A stretch of 63,676 nt of DNA, filler included, from Chiloscyllium plagiosum (lineage: Eukaryota), in the NCBI RefSeq assembly GCF_004010195.1. It is 5 parts of one record of this genome, joined end to end, with 100 filler letters (N's around TTAATTAATTAA, not from the genome) between each part and the next. Parts side by side here need not be neighbours in the genome. Positions count along the whole stretch, not along the records: positions 1 to 26,597 come from NC_057716.1; 4 more parts are not named here. The stretch is one strand, 5' to 3'. Positions 12,511-26,170 of the stretch are shown one piece after another. The translations under genes and the position numbers were made by a program. Under the pieces are notes generated by a model. That model had not been told where the DNA came from. It worked only from the letters and a program-made list of their open reading frames with translations, and did no database searches. Position 1 is the stretch's first letter, and every line of letters starts with the position of its first letter.

Positions 12511-14723
12511 GGGGCACTTTTATCTGTTAATAGGTTCACAGCTCTCCATTCAATTTGCAATGTTGCAACTCCACACGAGAGCGCATTCGCTCGCTGTTGC
12601 AGATTTTGTTGACACATTGTTACCACTGTTTTTGATCATGTGTTGGTTTCTGAGTGAAAATTGTTTCCACTGTTTCGGAGGTACCAGAGACACGTTTATC
12701 AGTTCAGCCAAATATACGATAAACAATGTCCCTTTCAAAACGTGAGGTTCCATTCCAACCATGCACCAACCAAAATATCCAGAGCCGTGGAATGCGAATG
12801 GCCACATGCTCGGGGGACTGAGAGTGACGGCTCCATGTCAAATTGTACTGAAACAAAAGTAACTGATTTAGAATGCTCTGAATGAAACCGAACGGAACTC
12901 TCCCTAAACATTCCCAATTCACTCGGAAAATGATGCTGTTGCGTGCACGTGGGTTTACGTAATGAACAGTTTATTGTCAGTAACAGGGTTGGGGTGGGGC
13001 AGGATAGTGACGTTTTCGCGTGGCTGAGATGTGATCTGGTCGAACGGGGAATTCAAACGCCCACAGAACAGAGAGCTGGTTGATCCAGGAACTCACTCTC
13101 ATCTTCTGTTTCAGTACCAACAAAAGAAATTCCGGGAAAATCAAAGCAGGTCTGGTAGAATCTTGGAAAGGAAAATAGAGTTAAGACTTCAAGACCAGTG
13201 ACACTCCTTTCTCCATGTCCATCTCCCTCTGCCTTAAGCACCCTTCCTTTTTATTGAATATCTCCTGACTTCCAACTTTATACTCAGATCCTCTTCTATT
13301 ACTTCATCTCCAAACATTTTCCCAGTCTCTAAACTTACATCAGACGTGTTCCATCTCTCATCTCACCCAGTTAGGACCGGAGGACTTCGAACTGAAAAAA
13401 AAAAAACTCTGTTTCTATTTCCTTAGATTCCGGATGGCCAGGGACCAGAAGGCATCGGTGGACAGTTAGAGCTTTCAGCCCATCTAGTCTGCCCGACCAT
13501 TCGACCATGGGTCTGAATCCGCCCCAACCTTCTCCACATCTGCTGGCAGCTGATACACCGCGTCTGTGTGTGATCGAACACAGTTTCAGTCCCACACAGC
13601 AAACCCGGACTGTTCGGAGCAAAGCAATACCCGCTGCGGGACAGATATATGGGTCACTTGCCCCAATTGTTTTTCTCCGAGGGATTAGTTAGCTCCTTCA
13701 CCACTCACGGCAAGGACTGGTGCTTCAAAATGTGGGGTGAAAGAAAATAGGCACAAAAGTTTGGACAGGTTAGTTCAAGGGTTATTGTAAGCATCAGTGG
13801 AGTCCCTGCTTCAGAGTCTGAGTTTGAATCGCACAGTCCTGGATCCAATTCGCATTCAGGAAATAAAGATTTATTTCTCTTCTTTTGATTTATCTGAATG
13901 AAAACTATTTCCTGCTTCCACACAGAGCACAGACGCGGATCTGCCAGAATCAATCCAGTGATTGATTGCATCCAACGAGAAGGATCATTGTGGCATATAC
14001 ACGAGACACCTCTCACCGCAAATCGCCTCTAAGAATCTCGCCTTTCTCAGCTGAAACTATCTCACTGTTCCTTCAACGTCGTTTGTTATAATTCTCGGAA
14101 CTCCCTCCCGACCGACATCATGGATGCATCTCTGTGCTGAGTACCTCCACGATTCTGTAAAGTAACTTAATATCGCAAGCTCTGGAGTAATTATGGATGG
14201 GCAGTGAAGCTGGTCCCAAAGAGTGACGTNNNNNNNNNNNNNNNNNNNNNNNNNNNNNNNNNNNNNNNNNNNNNNNNNNNNNNNNNNNNNNNNNNNNNNN
14301 NNNNNNNNNNNNNNNNNNNNNNNNNNNNNNNNNNNNNNNNNNNNGTCAGTGCTAATGAGTTAGCCCTTACTACCCACTGTTAACACCGACTCACACACCA
14401 CTCCTGGTAAATTCACCACGATTACCCTGATCTTTTGGTATGAGATTCCCTCTGTGCATATTCAAGTGTTTTATCGGCCCCGAGAGGATGACGCATCCTC
14501 TTTATCCTGTCAGATTACAATGGGGAAGGCAATAGTTTGAAAGCAAAGCAAGAAGAGATTGCCCCTTTTGGTGCATTTTCACTGAAGGAAGACCAGCTGT
14601 GACCTGTTCTTTCCTGCATAAGCGCAGGTTGATATATATTCTCATCGAGCAGCTTTATTACTGCAAGGAAGTCCGAGTTACTGTGATGAATAGTTAATTA
14701 AATGCACAAACGAATTTGAAGAA

Positions 14724-14797
14724 CACCATATGTGGCTTCGTCAGTTAAAGCATCTGGTAATAACCAGGCGAGTATGGTGTCAAATGCTCTGAAGTGT
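14724..14797 (+). pseudogene. Highly decayed tRNA-Thr(AGU)-like relic
   Basis: GTGGCTTCGTCAGTTAAAGCATCTGG-TAATAACCAGGCGA aligns to vertebrate Thr-AGT GTGGCTTAGTTGGTTAAAGCGCCTGTCTAGTAAACAGGAGA; B box destroyed. Confidence 0.5.
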
Positions 14798-16217
14798 TCC
14801 GTACATTGAAAGTCCATTGCATAAACTTATTGTAAAAGCCGTGTTGTTGATCCAATATCGTCACAGTGACGGCTCAGCATGCTTCTTGTGTTTGAGCTCA
14901 GCCCGTTGTTATTTGGTGAGACCAAGCCCTGCCGCCTGCTGTGAACCCATTAGACAATGTTTTCTCCTGCTCATCGAACGGCGAGATTCTGCACACTGTT
15001 CAACAATGATCTCTCCATCGCTTCTACTTTTAGTCTCTCGCTGTCACAGCAAGTCCTTTTTTAAATAATGAAGTGAAGCAGGAGACACTGCAGACTTGCC
15101 AGGAAATGTTGTGCAGCAAAGCAAACAGATGCATCAAGGGCAGTAATCGCTGTCGCCCGGGGGGCTCTTGAATCAGTTATATTTCATTCAGCAGACTAAT
15201 GCGCTGACACGTGCAATCCAGCACATCACACGATCCTCCAAAGTAGGCGGTTACTGAATCTCAACTTCAGTCTGCCCTTCCCAGAATGACAACTGTCCTC
15301 TATCAGATGTACTTTTCCAAAATAAAGCCTGGGACACTCATTATGGAGACCTAGGAACAGTCTGATCCCACTCACTGCAGACGTACCCATGTCACTGGGA
15401 AGCCTCTCTCCCACACCCTGACAGTCCAGGTTCAAGCCTCTCAGTGTTTGTCTGCCCGAGCTTTTTCAATGTCCTGGAGTCCTCATATACAAAAACGAGA
15501 AATCTTTCAATGTCTCAGATCAGTTCATGTCCCGAGAACATCAGAGTTAATGTCCCGTCCCCATAAAGAGGGGGAAGCTGTCCTGACAGTTTCTGCTCAG
15601 TCCGACAGTTCACCCTTGCTCATTGCTCTCCGATTCCACTTCCCAAAAAGTTTCTGAAGATCCACAAAGCTGGAAACTGGTTTCCATGTTTGCTTCCTTA
15701 ACATTGTTCCGCTCTCAAATGTCAATATTTCCCCAAAATCTCTTCACTATCCCCTGTCTTGCACCATGTCCGGGGGTGAGCATTGCCTTTATGAGGAGAG
15801 AGTCCAGAGGCTGGTAAGTTTCACTTTGGAGCGAAGAAGGTGAACCAGAGATTTCCTGAGGATGTTTATAATGGTGTGGGAGGGAGCGGTGGGGATGGGC
15901 GCTTTGACGAANNNNNNNNNNNNNNNNNNNNNNNNNNNNNNNNNNNNNNNNNNNNNNNNNNNNNNNNNNNNNNNNNNNNNNNNNNNNNNNNNNNNNNNNN
16001 NNNNNNNNNNNNNNNNNNNNNNNNNNNNNNNNNNNCGACTACACATTTAACTCCTGTGCTTAATATATCTTACGAAATGAATGTTTCCAACCTGAAACAC
16101 CAGTATTTGGCTTGCCCTGTCCGCAGCCTGACCCCAGTATTCGCTGTCCCCCTCTCTTGGTTCAGAACGGAGTAGGATGCTGGGAGATCCAGTTGAATTA
16201 CAAGCGTTGCTGAGAGA

Positions 16218-16490
16218 TAATTGTGGCTCAGCAGTTAGCACTGCTGCCTCACAGCACCATGGTCCCAGGTTTGCTTCCAACGTCGGGCCACTGTCTGTGT
16301 GCTGTTTGCACATTCTCCCCCTATCTGCCTGGGTTTCTTTCCACAGTCCAAACATATGTTCGCCAGGTGAATTTGCCGTGGTAAATTGCCCATTGTGTTT
16401 TGTGCATCACTCACAGGGAAATGAGTCTGGGTGTGTTAATCTTCAGAGGGTCAGTGTGGACTGTACGGCCGAAGGGCCACACTGGAGGAA
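16218..16490 (+). mobile_element. V-SINE, degenerate
   Basis: GGCTCAGCAGTTAGCACTGCTGCCTCACAGC head and TTTGCACATTCTCCCC core. Confidence 0.85.
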
Positions 16491-17191
16491 ATTTAATCCA
16501 TTAAAGTGGATGGGAAGGATCCATTTTCATGTGCAGAGAGATTAATAAACATAGCAATGGATCGAGAAAATAAAAACGTTGTTGTATTGGTCCAGTGCTT
16601 TCATCGCCAGCTGAGTTACTGAGGGTTACCTCAGATTACAACAGGATCTGTACCAGATGGGTCAATGGGCTGAGAAGTAGCTGCAGGAATTNNNNNNNNN
16701 NNNNNNNNNNNNNNNNNNNNNNNNNNNNNNNNNNNNNNNNNNNNNNNNNNNNNNNNNNNNNNNNNNNNNNNNNNNNNNNNNNNNNNNNNNNNNNNNNNNN
16801 NNNNNNNNNNNNNNNNNNNNNNNNNNNNNNNNNNNNNNNNNNNNNNNNNNNNNNNNNNNNNNNNNNNNNNNNNNNNNNNNNNNNNNNNNNNNNNNNNNNN
16901 NNNNNNNNNNNNNNNNNNNNNNNNNNNNNNNNNNNNNNNNNNNNNNNNNNNNNNNNNNNNNNNNNNNNNNNNNNNNNNNNNNNNNNNNNNNNNNNNNNNN
17001 NNNNNNNNNNNNNNNNNNNNNNNNNNNNNNNNNNNNNNNNNNNNNNNNNNNNNNNNNNNNNNNNNNNNNNNNNNNNNNNNNNNNNNNNNNNNNNNNNNNN
17101 NNNNNNNNNNNNNNNNNNNNNNNNNNNNNNNNNNNNNNNNNNNNNNNNNNNNNNNNNNNNNNNNNNNNNNNNNNNNNNNNNNNNNNNNNNN

Positions 17192-17790
17192 CCCACACAG
17201 ACTATGCTCTCATTTATTGTACATTCCTCTCTATTGTTGCTGTCCTCAAATGCCTTGCTTGCACTTCTCTGGGTTATTTGCTCCATTCACCTGGACCCCA
17301 CAGTTTCTGTTTTTAAACAGTCTGCCATGGGATCTCTCGTTAAATTCAAGTAAGTCACATGCAGTTACAAGTTACTGCCTCAGACCGATGCAGTCAGATT
17401 AATTACACATGATCTTCCTTGAACAAATCCAGACAGACTGTCCTGGAGTCCCTGGGACCTGCTCAGTGACCGTTTATCCACTGTCTCAGAATTCCACCCT
17501 CGACCTACTCAGTCAGTCCCTTGCTCCACAATAAACAAAGTTGCTGTATTAGCCGTTCTCTAGGCATCTGACACCATTCCTGCCTCCGGTGAGGATTGGA
17601 TAATGTGGGTAACTATAAGGCAGGTGATTTTCCCCGGCTCCTTTTACCAGTCTGAATATTGAGTTACCCCTTTTTAACGATTTGAATCTCCTTTGTAATT
17701 CTCTGCTCCAAGATTGCTGCTCCCAATATTGCACACTGCATCCCTATTTTGATACAGACAGACAGAGGCCAAACCATCTTATGATTTGGT
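17192..17790 (-). mobile_element. Degenerate CR1 RT fragment
   Basis: Remnants of the GRSC..NL motif and the GPDxxYP region on the minus strand. Confidence 0.55.
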
Positions 17791-18060
17791 CAAGTCTCAT
17801 TTTAGTCAGGCTGTATGGAGGGTTTCTCTCCACAAGGTGAAGTGCATTTTCTCATGATACCAGCCCCAATCTGCCTCATTAACTATACTCCCTGCCCACG
17901 TGGTTATCTTCTCAACTGACACTAACACGGTGATTTTCCCCTTCGTCATAACAACTTTACACTGCCTGGATATCTCAGAATGCACCAGTCTTCCTGCTCC
18001 AGGTGCCATTAGTAAAAAGTCATTACACTCTTAGATTATCAATCTGAAACTGCCCAGGAG

Positions 18061-18725
18061 ATAGCAGAGGGGGTAAAACTGGGCTTCACCTTGTGGACAA
18101 GCCCCTGAGGTTCTGGTGAATGACTTGTTGTGGGAGAGGGACATTATCTTCCTCCAGGACTGGCAGGGGAGGCCATGGCACCAGACCCTGCCAGCTTGGT
18201 CCGAGGCTGACCCCTGGGTCAGTGACGTACCAGCTTTCTGAGTGAATGTCCAGCAGTGTAGGAAGGAGGTCAGTGATCTTCTTCATTCCACCAGGGTAAT
18301 TGCCACCATCTGCACTTGTTGAGCTCATCCTCACTCTATCTCTGTTACTGCACCTACCTCCCACCAAGGCTCATGTTCTCCCACTCTCACTGAATGCAGC
18401 ACCTTCTCTTTGTCGTTTTCTAACTCCTTCTCTGTCCCTCTGCCCAAGTCTGTCTGGTGTCTGTACTGCCCACTCACTCACTCACTCACTCAGAACACCT
18501 CGACACCTTTCCCCCAGCTGTCCCAGCACTAACAGCTGTACCAACCTTTTCCATTTCCCTTAATACCACTTGTTAATTTTCACATTCCAGAAGGAACAAT
18601 TCCACAATAGGAAAAAAGTAGCCAATAGAGGCATAGGTCTCCCCAACATTCAGCTCCTTTTCCCCTCGCAGGGGGAGGATCCTGACCCTAACATTCACGA
18701 GAGGCTGACTGACCGTGTCCAAGCT
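18061..18725 (+). pseudogene. Harbinger-type Myb/SANT (trihelix) DNA-binding gene relic; exon 1 18061-18295, exon 2 from 18591
   Basis: Exon 1 reads RPWHQTLPAWSEADPWVSDVPAF*VNVQQCRKEVSDLLHSTR|GTAATT; exon 2 reads TTCCAG|KEQFHNRKKVANRGIGLPNIQLL. Start codon decayed to ATA; stop and frameshift present. Confidence 0.75.
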
Positions 18726-19439
18726 CCCGGACTGGGATCTGAGACTCCCCCTGACTGACTGTGCTGGGGCACCGTGACTGAACATGGACAATGATATCAA
18801 ACTTCCTGCTTTTGTGCCTGTGCTTATCACCAAGACAATACAGCAGGTGGGTGAGCCTGGTAGCTCTGGCTGAGGGGTAACACTGCTAAAGGTAGGGTAA
18901 GGCAATAATTCTGTCAGCATTCAAGTCAGCTCAAAGTGAGAGTGTACAAACACGGAGTGAGCAGCCCAGAGGGACAGTCCATGAGCTGGGTCTGTGTCCC
19001 TGAGCAGTGTCCTTGCAGCAGCATTGCAGTAAGAGTTGCCAGTGCATCCTGAGCTGCAGCCTTGAAATACAGAAGTGTACTGTCAGTGGGTTGGAGATGT
19101 GCTGGGATGGCATGGTGAGGTTGGCATGTGACAGATACCAGCATTGGAGGGTGTGGAGCTTCTGTCAGTGCAGTGTCCCCCGAGACGTTGTTGTCCAAGA
19201 GAGAAGGCCGGAGGAGCATGGGGCGAGATGGAGTCACCAGTTACCAGCTCGGACTTGAGGATATGAAACTGCAAGTTATTAAGGGGAGTTCCACTGAATG
19301 TGGCAGCTGTTCATCAGTAATCATCAGTAATCATGGAGTCAACATCTTGCCACTCCTGCACTTAAATCTTGTTTTAAAGAGCAGTCCAGCACAGGAACAG
19401 TCCCTTCATGCCAGCAAGCCCACACTGACACATGATGCC

Positions 19440-20550
19440 GTTCTAAAGTTAAAAAGGAAGTTTTTGCTCTATGTCATTCTGTGTCCTACACCCTCTATGT
19501 CATTCTGTTCCCTACCTACTCATATTTGTGCCAAGATCCCTCTTAAACCTTGCTGTATTAGCTTCTTCTCCTCAATCAGTGCATTCCAGGCACTTGCACA
19601 TTCTGTCTGGGAAAGCCAAAAATAAACTTGCCGATCATATCTCCTACGTTTTCTCCCTTTTACCTAAAACCTATGTATCTGAGTAATTGATAGTTCTACT
19701 CTGGGGGGGAAAAAAGCTTCTAACTGTATTTCTATCTATGCCTTTGATAATTTTGTAAATATTTATCAGGTAGCCCCATAGCCAATGATTGCCACTTGGA
19801 AACAAACCATGTTTGTTCAATTTCTCCTTCTGGCTAATACCCTCCAAACCAGATAACATCCTGGTAAAACTTTTCCATACCCTCTCCAACACTTCCACAT
19901 CGTTCTGCTGGTGTGGAAACCAGCACTGTACAAAATATTCTAAATGTGCCCGAACTAAGTTTCTCTACAGCTGCAATATGACCTGCTAATTTTAATACTG
20001 TATGTTCCGATGCATGTCTGCAAGTTTGCCATCAGCCTTCTTCATCACCCTATCCACCCGTGTTACCACTTTCCGAGAACTGTGGAGCTGTACACCTAGA
20101 TTCCTTCGGATGTTGGTGCGGTCAGTAATTTTTCTTTACACGTTATACTTCTCTCCTGCATTAGACCTTCTAAAACGCATCACGTCACAACTGCCCAGAT
20201 AAAGTAACATCTGCGTTTTCTATATGCTAGTCTACAGCTGACATAAATCCTGCTGTATTTTCTGGCAATTATCCTCAGAATCTGCAACCCCGCCAATCTA
20301 TTTACAGATCTCCAGTTACAAAAACACTGTTCCACCACTACTCTGCCTTCTATGACCAAGCAGTTCTCTCTCCATCTTACTAACTGACCGCTGATCCCAT
20401 TTCACATCACCTTCTGTATGAGACTACCATAAGAAACCACATCAAAGGTCTTGCTAAGGTCCAATCGGCCAACATCCAGCCCCATGCCCTCATCAATCGA
20501 TTTTGTCACTTCCTCAAAATAATCAACCAACTTTGTGAGACATGATCTTC
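19440..20550 (-). mobile_element. CR1 LINE 3' RT fragment
   Basis: GRSCLTKLVDYFEEVTK...DLSKTFD and LERVWKSFTRMLSG peptides. Confidence 0.88.
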
Positions 20551-20659
20551 CCCACACAACTGTATTACCTGTTGCTAGTAAGTCCAGACTAGAGTACTGT
20601 TGAAGCTGCACTCATTCAGACAAGTGATTATTTCATCATATTCCCGAATTGAACCTTGG

Positions 20660-20975
20660 AGGTTAGATTACATTCCCTACAGTGTGGAAACAGGCACTTC
20701 AGCCCAACCAGTCCACACCAACACTCAGAAGAGTAACCCACCCAGACCCATTCTCCTGCACTATATTTAACCCTAACTAATACACCTAACACTATTGGCA
20801 ATTTAGTATGGCCAACTCACCTGACCTGCACATCTTTGGACTGTGGGAGGAAACCGGAGCACCCGGAGGAAAACCACGCAGACACGGGGGTATGTGCAAA
20901 CTTCACACAGTCAGCCAAGGCCGGGATTGAACCTTGGACTTTGGTGCTGTGAGGCAGCAGTGCTAAGCACTGAGC
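20660..20975 (-). mobile_element. V-SINE (HE1-like), near full length
   Basis: GGGAGGAAACCGGAGCACCCGGAGGAAA core (reverse), tRNA-like head and TTAGATT tail. Confidence 0.92.
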
Positions 20976-20983
20976 TCTTGATA

Positions 20984-21559
20984 GTTACTCTACAGTGGGA
21001 GATAAGTCGGGCGGTGATGTTTACTGTACAGTGGGAGGTATGTTGGGCCGTGATGGTTACTGTACAGTGGGAGGTATGTCGGGCCATGATGGTTACTGTA
21101 AAGTAGGAGTTTTGTCGGGCCGTGATGGTTACTGTACAGTGGAATGTATGTTGGGTGGTGATGGTTACTGTACAGTGGGAGGTATATCGGGCTGTGATGG
21201 TTACTGTACAATGGGAGGTCTGTCAGGCCGTGATGGTTACTGTACAGTGGGAGGTATGTCGGGCTGTGATGGTTAATGTACAGTGGGAGGTATGTCGGCC
21301 CGTGACAGTTACTGTACAGTGGGAGGTATGTCGGGCCGTGATGGTTACTGTACAGTGGGAGGTATGTCGGGCCGTGATGGTTACTGTACAGTAGGGGGTA
21401 TGTCTGGCCATGATGGTTTCTGTACAGTGGGAGGTATGTCGGGCCGTGATGGCTACTGTACAGTGGGAGGTATGTCGGGTCGTGGTGGTAACTCTACAGT
21501 GGGGAGTATGTCGGGCCGTGATGGTTACTGTATGGTGGGAAGTATGTCTGGCTGTGAGG
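20984..21559. repeat. 36-bp minisatellite, 16 units, consensus GTTACTGTACAGTGGGAGGTATGTCGGGCCGTGATG
   Basis: Exact 36-bp periodicity from 20984 to 21524. Confidence 0.97.
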
Positions 21560-22339
21560 TTGCAGACTGTATGAGTTGTGCATAATATGATGCTGCTCCT
21601 GCCGATGGCCCCCTGCACCTCATGGATGCATCATCTTTGGTTTCACAATCTGTTTAAAGTCTGTACCATTCACTGTCCAGGGGGCTACATATCATGGTGA
21701 GGGGGGCTGCAAAATGTGAAGATAGCCCTTGCTCCCCATAAGGACTGTGCAGTGACCATTCTTACTGATATATGAAATGGAGAGGTGTATCTGCAGCAGG
21801 CAGATTGGTGATGATGTGGTCAATTATATGGTTCCCTTTTATAGATTCCCACATAACCTGCCTCAGAGCAGTCTAGCAGCCACAGGATCCAGCATCAATA
21901 CTGAGCACTATCCTGACTATATACCAAGGAGCTGCCCCCTAAGCCAGGCTATGTCCTGTCAGTGGGACATACCCCACCAGAGAGGATGGTGATGTTGCCT
22001 GGTACATAGTCCTGCTCACAGACTCTTGCTTTACAGACAATATCTGATTGTTGCTTGAATAGTCCGTGCGAAATTTACAACAGGTCACTTTTCCTTTTTG
22101 TATAATGAAGAGTTAATATCACTTTGTTTCTTACATATTTTAAAATAAACCAAACATCAGTATTTTTCAGTTGAATGCAATTGAAGTGAACAATAATTGA
22201 ATTAGCAGAGCACACAGCTAACTATTACACAATTCAGTGACTGTAGTAAACAGCTGATTGATGTTCAGATCAGTGACCACACCATCTTGCAGGCAGCATA
22301 TCTGTTGGAAATGACTTGGAGGAAAAGCGTGAATTCAGA

Positions 22340-22800
22340 CATAGTGTTACTGGGCCTCACCATGACCTACAAAACACTGGCCATCTCCAGAATCTGTCCA
22401 GTGAGTTTCCAAACAGGAGCTGGGCAGTTACTGACATAATCCCTCACAATGGACTGGTTAGAGCCATACCTGAACAACGGGGAGATTGAGTGGGGAAACT
22501 GGTCAATGGGCTAGAGCATGGTGCCGATCCGGAAGCAGTTCAACATTTGTAACAATGACCTGTAAACAACCATGTCTTGCAAGTATACCACTTCTTGCGT
22601 GCCACCTAAACTCTGTAATTCTGCACCTTGGACCCGATCTTGAATGAAGGTGTTATAAAGGTGATGGACTCCTGCAGCACATGGCATCTTACATTGAATT
22701 CTTCATAAACCATATCCAGTGTATGTTAGCCCCACAATGTCAGTATCCAAACAGAATTGTGCAGCTCCATTGATGGACGGCATCATCCGAGCCAAACGAC
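22340..22800 (+). mobile_element. Very old RTE-like LINE RT remnant
   Basis: Weak motif remnants (GLTMT.KT; QLH*WTG for QLRWAGH). Confidence 0.35.
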
Positions 22801-23539
22801 CTTGTGTGTGACTTGAGCTGGAAATCTCTGTGTAAATGTTTGCATCATTGTTCTAACCATTAACTGCAAAGTCTCTTTACTGAAGGTCTGACATCCTTTC
22901 ATAATACCAACTTTTAGATTCTCCAATAAGCATTATATCCCCCATTTATTCCATTGACATTTATAACAACATTATGATGAAAACAGTGCACAACTCACAG
23001 TAAGGAGCATTGAAATGATAAATCTCATTCCCACACCCATGACCAAATTATTATTAAGTACAAGGACTTTGAAAATATACAATTATTTTACCTTGTATTA
23101 ATATTGTGAATTAATAGTCGACTCTCCTGCTCCTCAGATGATGCCTGAACGGCTGTGCTTTTTCAGAATCACACTTTTTGACTCTGATCTCCAGCATCTG
23201 CAGTCCTCACTTTCTCCCTGCTAATACTCACTCATAATCATTTTCGTGGCAACAATATCACTGTGTGTTTAAACATGTTAGTCAGATATAAGTATATTTT
23301 CAATTGCGTCTGTCTCTCTCAGAGGTCAGTAATGTGTGATGTGACTGTCAGTGTCTGTGTGATGCTCGGTATGCAGGCCATGCCTCTGAGAGTCTGTCCG
23401 ATTGTTTCAAACAACATATTCCTTCAGCTGTGTACAACAAATAGGTTACTGCCTGGACCCAACCAGCCAGAGCTCACAAAACTCAAAGCACAGTGTCCAG
23501 AATTGGGCAGGACTGGACAATATTGTTCATGTTAATTTA

Positions 23540-26170
23540 TTCATGGAATATGATAAGGCCAGTATTTATTGCCTGTCGCTTGTTGCCCTTGAGAAGATGG
23601 GGGTGAGCTGTCACATTGACCCGCTGCAGCCCATGCGCTGTAGGTAGACTTACAATATCATTAGGGAGGAAGTTGAAACAGTGACAGTGAAAGAACGGCA
23701 ATATACTTCCCAATCAATTCGGTGGATGGCTTGGATTGGAACGCGAACGTGGTGGTCCCATGTATCTGCTTCCCTTGTCCTTCTTAATGGTCGGGGGTTC
23801 AGAGGTACGTTGTAAGGAGCCTTAGCAAATTTCTGCAGAGCACCGTGTAGATGGCAGACATTGCTGCTACTGAGTGTCAGTGGATGAGGTTAGAGGTAAT
23901 CGTTGTCTGGCATGTGTGTAATGGAAATGGTACTTGTCACTGTTAAGCACACACCTGCATAGTTCCAGGACCTGTTGCATTTGGACAAGGACTGCTTCAG
24001 TATCTCAGTAAATCACGAAAGGTGTTGAACATTGTCCAATCATTGGCAAACGTCCCCAGTTGTGACTTTACTTGAGTAGGGGATGGTCATTTATGAAGCA
24101 GCTGAAAATTATTGGGCCTAGGGCAGAGAGAACTCTTACAGCTCACTGATGTTGTCCCTCTCTCTGAGCTAGGAAGCTTGCTTCTAGTTTCACCTGCTCC
24201 AAAGGTGTCTAGCAACATATCTGAACAGAATAATGTTACAGTATCTTGCCCCAAGAGCTGAGCGAGGACTTGGTTAGCTGAATCAGTTGGACGGCTAGTT
24301 TGTAATACAGATTAATGCCAACAGTGTGGGTTCAGTTCCTGCACTGAATGAGGTGCCTGAACAGGGCTGTCTTACTCAACCTCTCCCTTGCTTGAGGCAT
24401 GATGACTGTCCAATTAAACTGCTGCTAGTCGCACCTATCTAACAATATAACAACCCTATCATCCTGTTGGGGTATGGTGCCCTGCCTTTCCATTTCTGGT
24501 CTGCAGGTTTACTCAGAAACCCCTCCACTGGGGACCTGCGGTGGAGCTGAGTTGGCTGCTCCCCACCAACCCCAGCCACCTTCCTCTGTACCAGGTATAA
24601 CTTCAGCCAGTGCAGACGATTCCTATTTGCTCCAGTTTTGCTGTTAATCCTGGATATGACACTTGGTCAAATGCAGTTATGATGATGTTAAGTGCAGTCA
24701 CTGTCACCTCAACTCGAGAATTCAGCTGTGTGTTCTCTTGTTGTACATCGTGAAACCAAGGCTTCAATGTGCCCAAGGGATAAGACCCCAAACTGACCTT
24801 CAGTGAGCAGGTTGGTGTTGAGGAAGTGCTGCTTGATCCCACTGTCGGTGACATCTTCCATCACTTTATTAATGTTGGGAATTAGAACAATGTGGCAGTC
24901 ATTGATTGTCTGATGGTTTGTCTGTGTGTACAGGACACACCCTGATCGTTTCCCACATTGTCAAGTAGGTGCCAGTGCTATATCCCAGCAGGAAAAGCTT
25001 GAATGGAATGTTCTCATGGCCCACAGCCTTTGCATTCCCCGTCACTCCAGCCGTTTGGAATTACCCCACACAGTGAATAGACTTAGCTGATGACTGCCAT
25101 CTGGAGAAGATTAAAATAGACCATCCCATCGACACTTCGGTCTGAACATTGTTATGAATATTTCAGCCTTAGCTTTTCTATTGTTGTACTGGGCCCTTTC
25201 ATCGTTGAGGAGGGTGATATTTGTGGATCCTACCCTGCCAGTGAGTTGTTTGATTGACCACACAATTCACTCTGATTGCATGCGACAGGATTGCAGAGAT
25301 TAGGTATGATTTGTTGGTTAGATCTGTCTGTCACTGGCTGTTTACGTTATTTGGTAAGTAAGTGGCCCTGTTTGGTAACGTCATCTCATTGTGAGGTATA
25401 CCTGGTGCTGCTCGTGACCGGTCCTCCTGTGTTCCACATAGAACAAGGGTTTAACCCCTGGCCTGATGGTCAGTGTAAAGTGGAGCATATGCCAGGCAGT
25501 GACAGTGGAAATTGTGCTAGAGTACAATTCTGCTGCTGTTGGTAATGACCGGAATCACCTCACACAGGCCAGTGCTGTGTTCTAGATCTCTTTGAAATCT
25601 GTACCATTTAGCATGGTGATAGTATTTCTCACATGTGCGCTCATGCGTGTGTATACACACACAGAGACAGACACACACGCACACACACTATTGACAATGT
25701 AAAAGTGGGACTTTCTCTGAAGAAATACTGTATGCCCTGTCACCATTCCCAATATGGTCCTCGATCACTGTGTCTGCAGCGGTACTTTGGTGAAGATGAG
25801 GTCAAGTATGTTTCTGCCTTCAGTCGTTCCCTCCTGACTCGGTGCAGCCCTCGTCCAGCAGCTATGTCGTTTTGTAGCCGACCATCTCGATCAGCAATGC
25901 TGCTGCTGAGCCCCTGTTGGTCGTGTGGTTTGGAATGGCCCACCAAGTATACATTCTCCGGCTCATTCACTCTGTCAGTGCGTCCTCCAAGTGTTGTTCA
26001 ACAGAGGGACACTGATCCACCAGCTCAGGCAGTGGAGTCATCAGGAGGTTTCGGTGTCAGTGTTTGATTTGACACCTGAGTAGTCTGTTGAATGCCTCTC
26101 CCACATCTCGCCCTAGTCCCCAGACATTAGGAAGGAGGGATTTCCAGTGCCTGCAGTGCTTTTAATTTTT
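23540..26170 (-). mobile_element. Fragmented old LINE (APE endonuclease about 25740-26100, RT about 24600-25000, 3' end about 23540-24100)
   Basis: EGRNILDLIFT (endonuclease) and TALNIIITAFDQVSYPGL (RT ALDIxxAFD) remnants. Confidence 0.75.

Noticed and set aside
14965..15010. Possible tRNA-Gly(GCC) 5' half on the minus strand (CATTG..CAGTG..AGAATCTCGCC)
   Set aside because: Needs several gaps and has no anticodon or T-arm; not distinguishable from chance by eye.
20984..21559. Possible CRISPR array or repeat protein (36-bp period)
   Set aside because: Units are contiguous with no unique spacers, no cas genes are present and the context is vertebrate. Open frames follow from a unit length divisible by 3.
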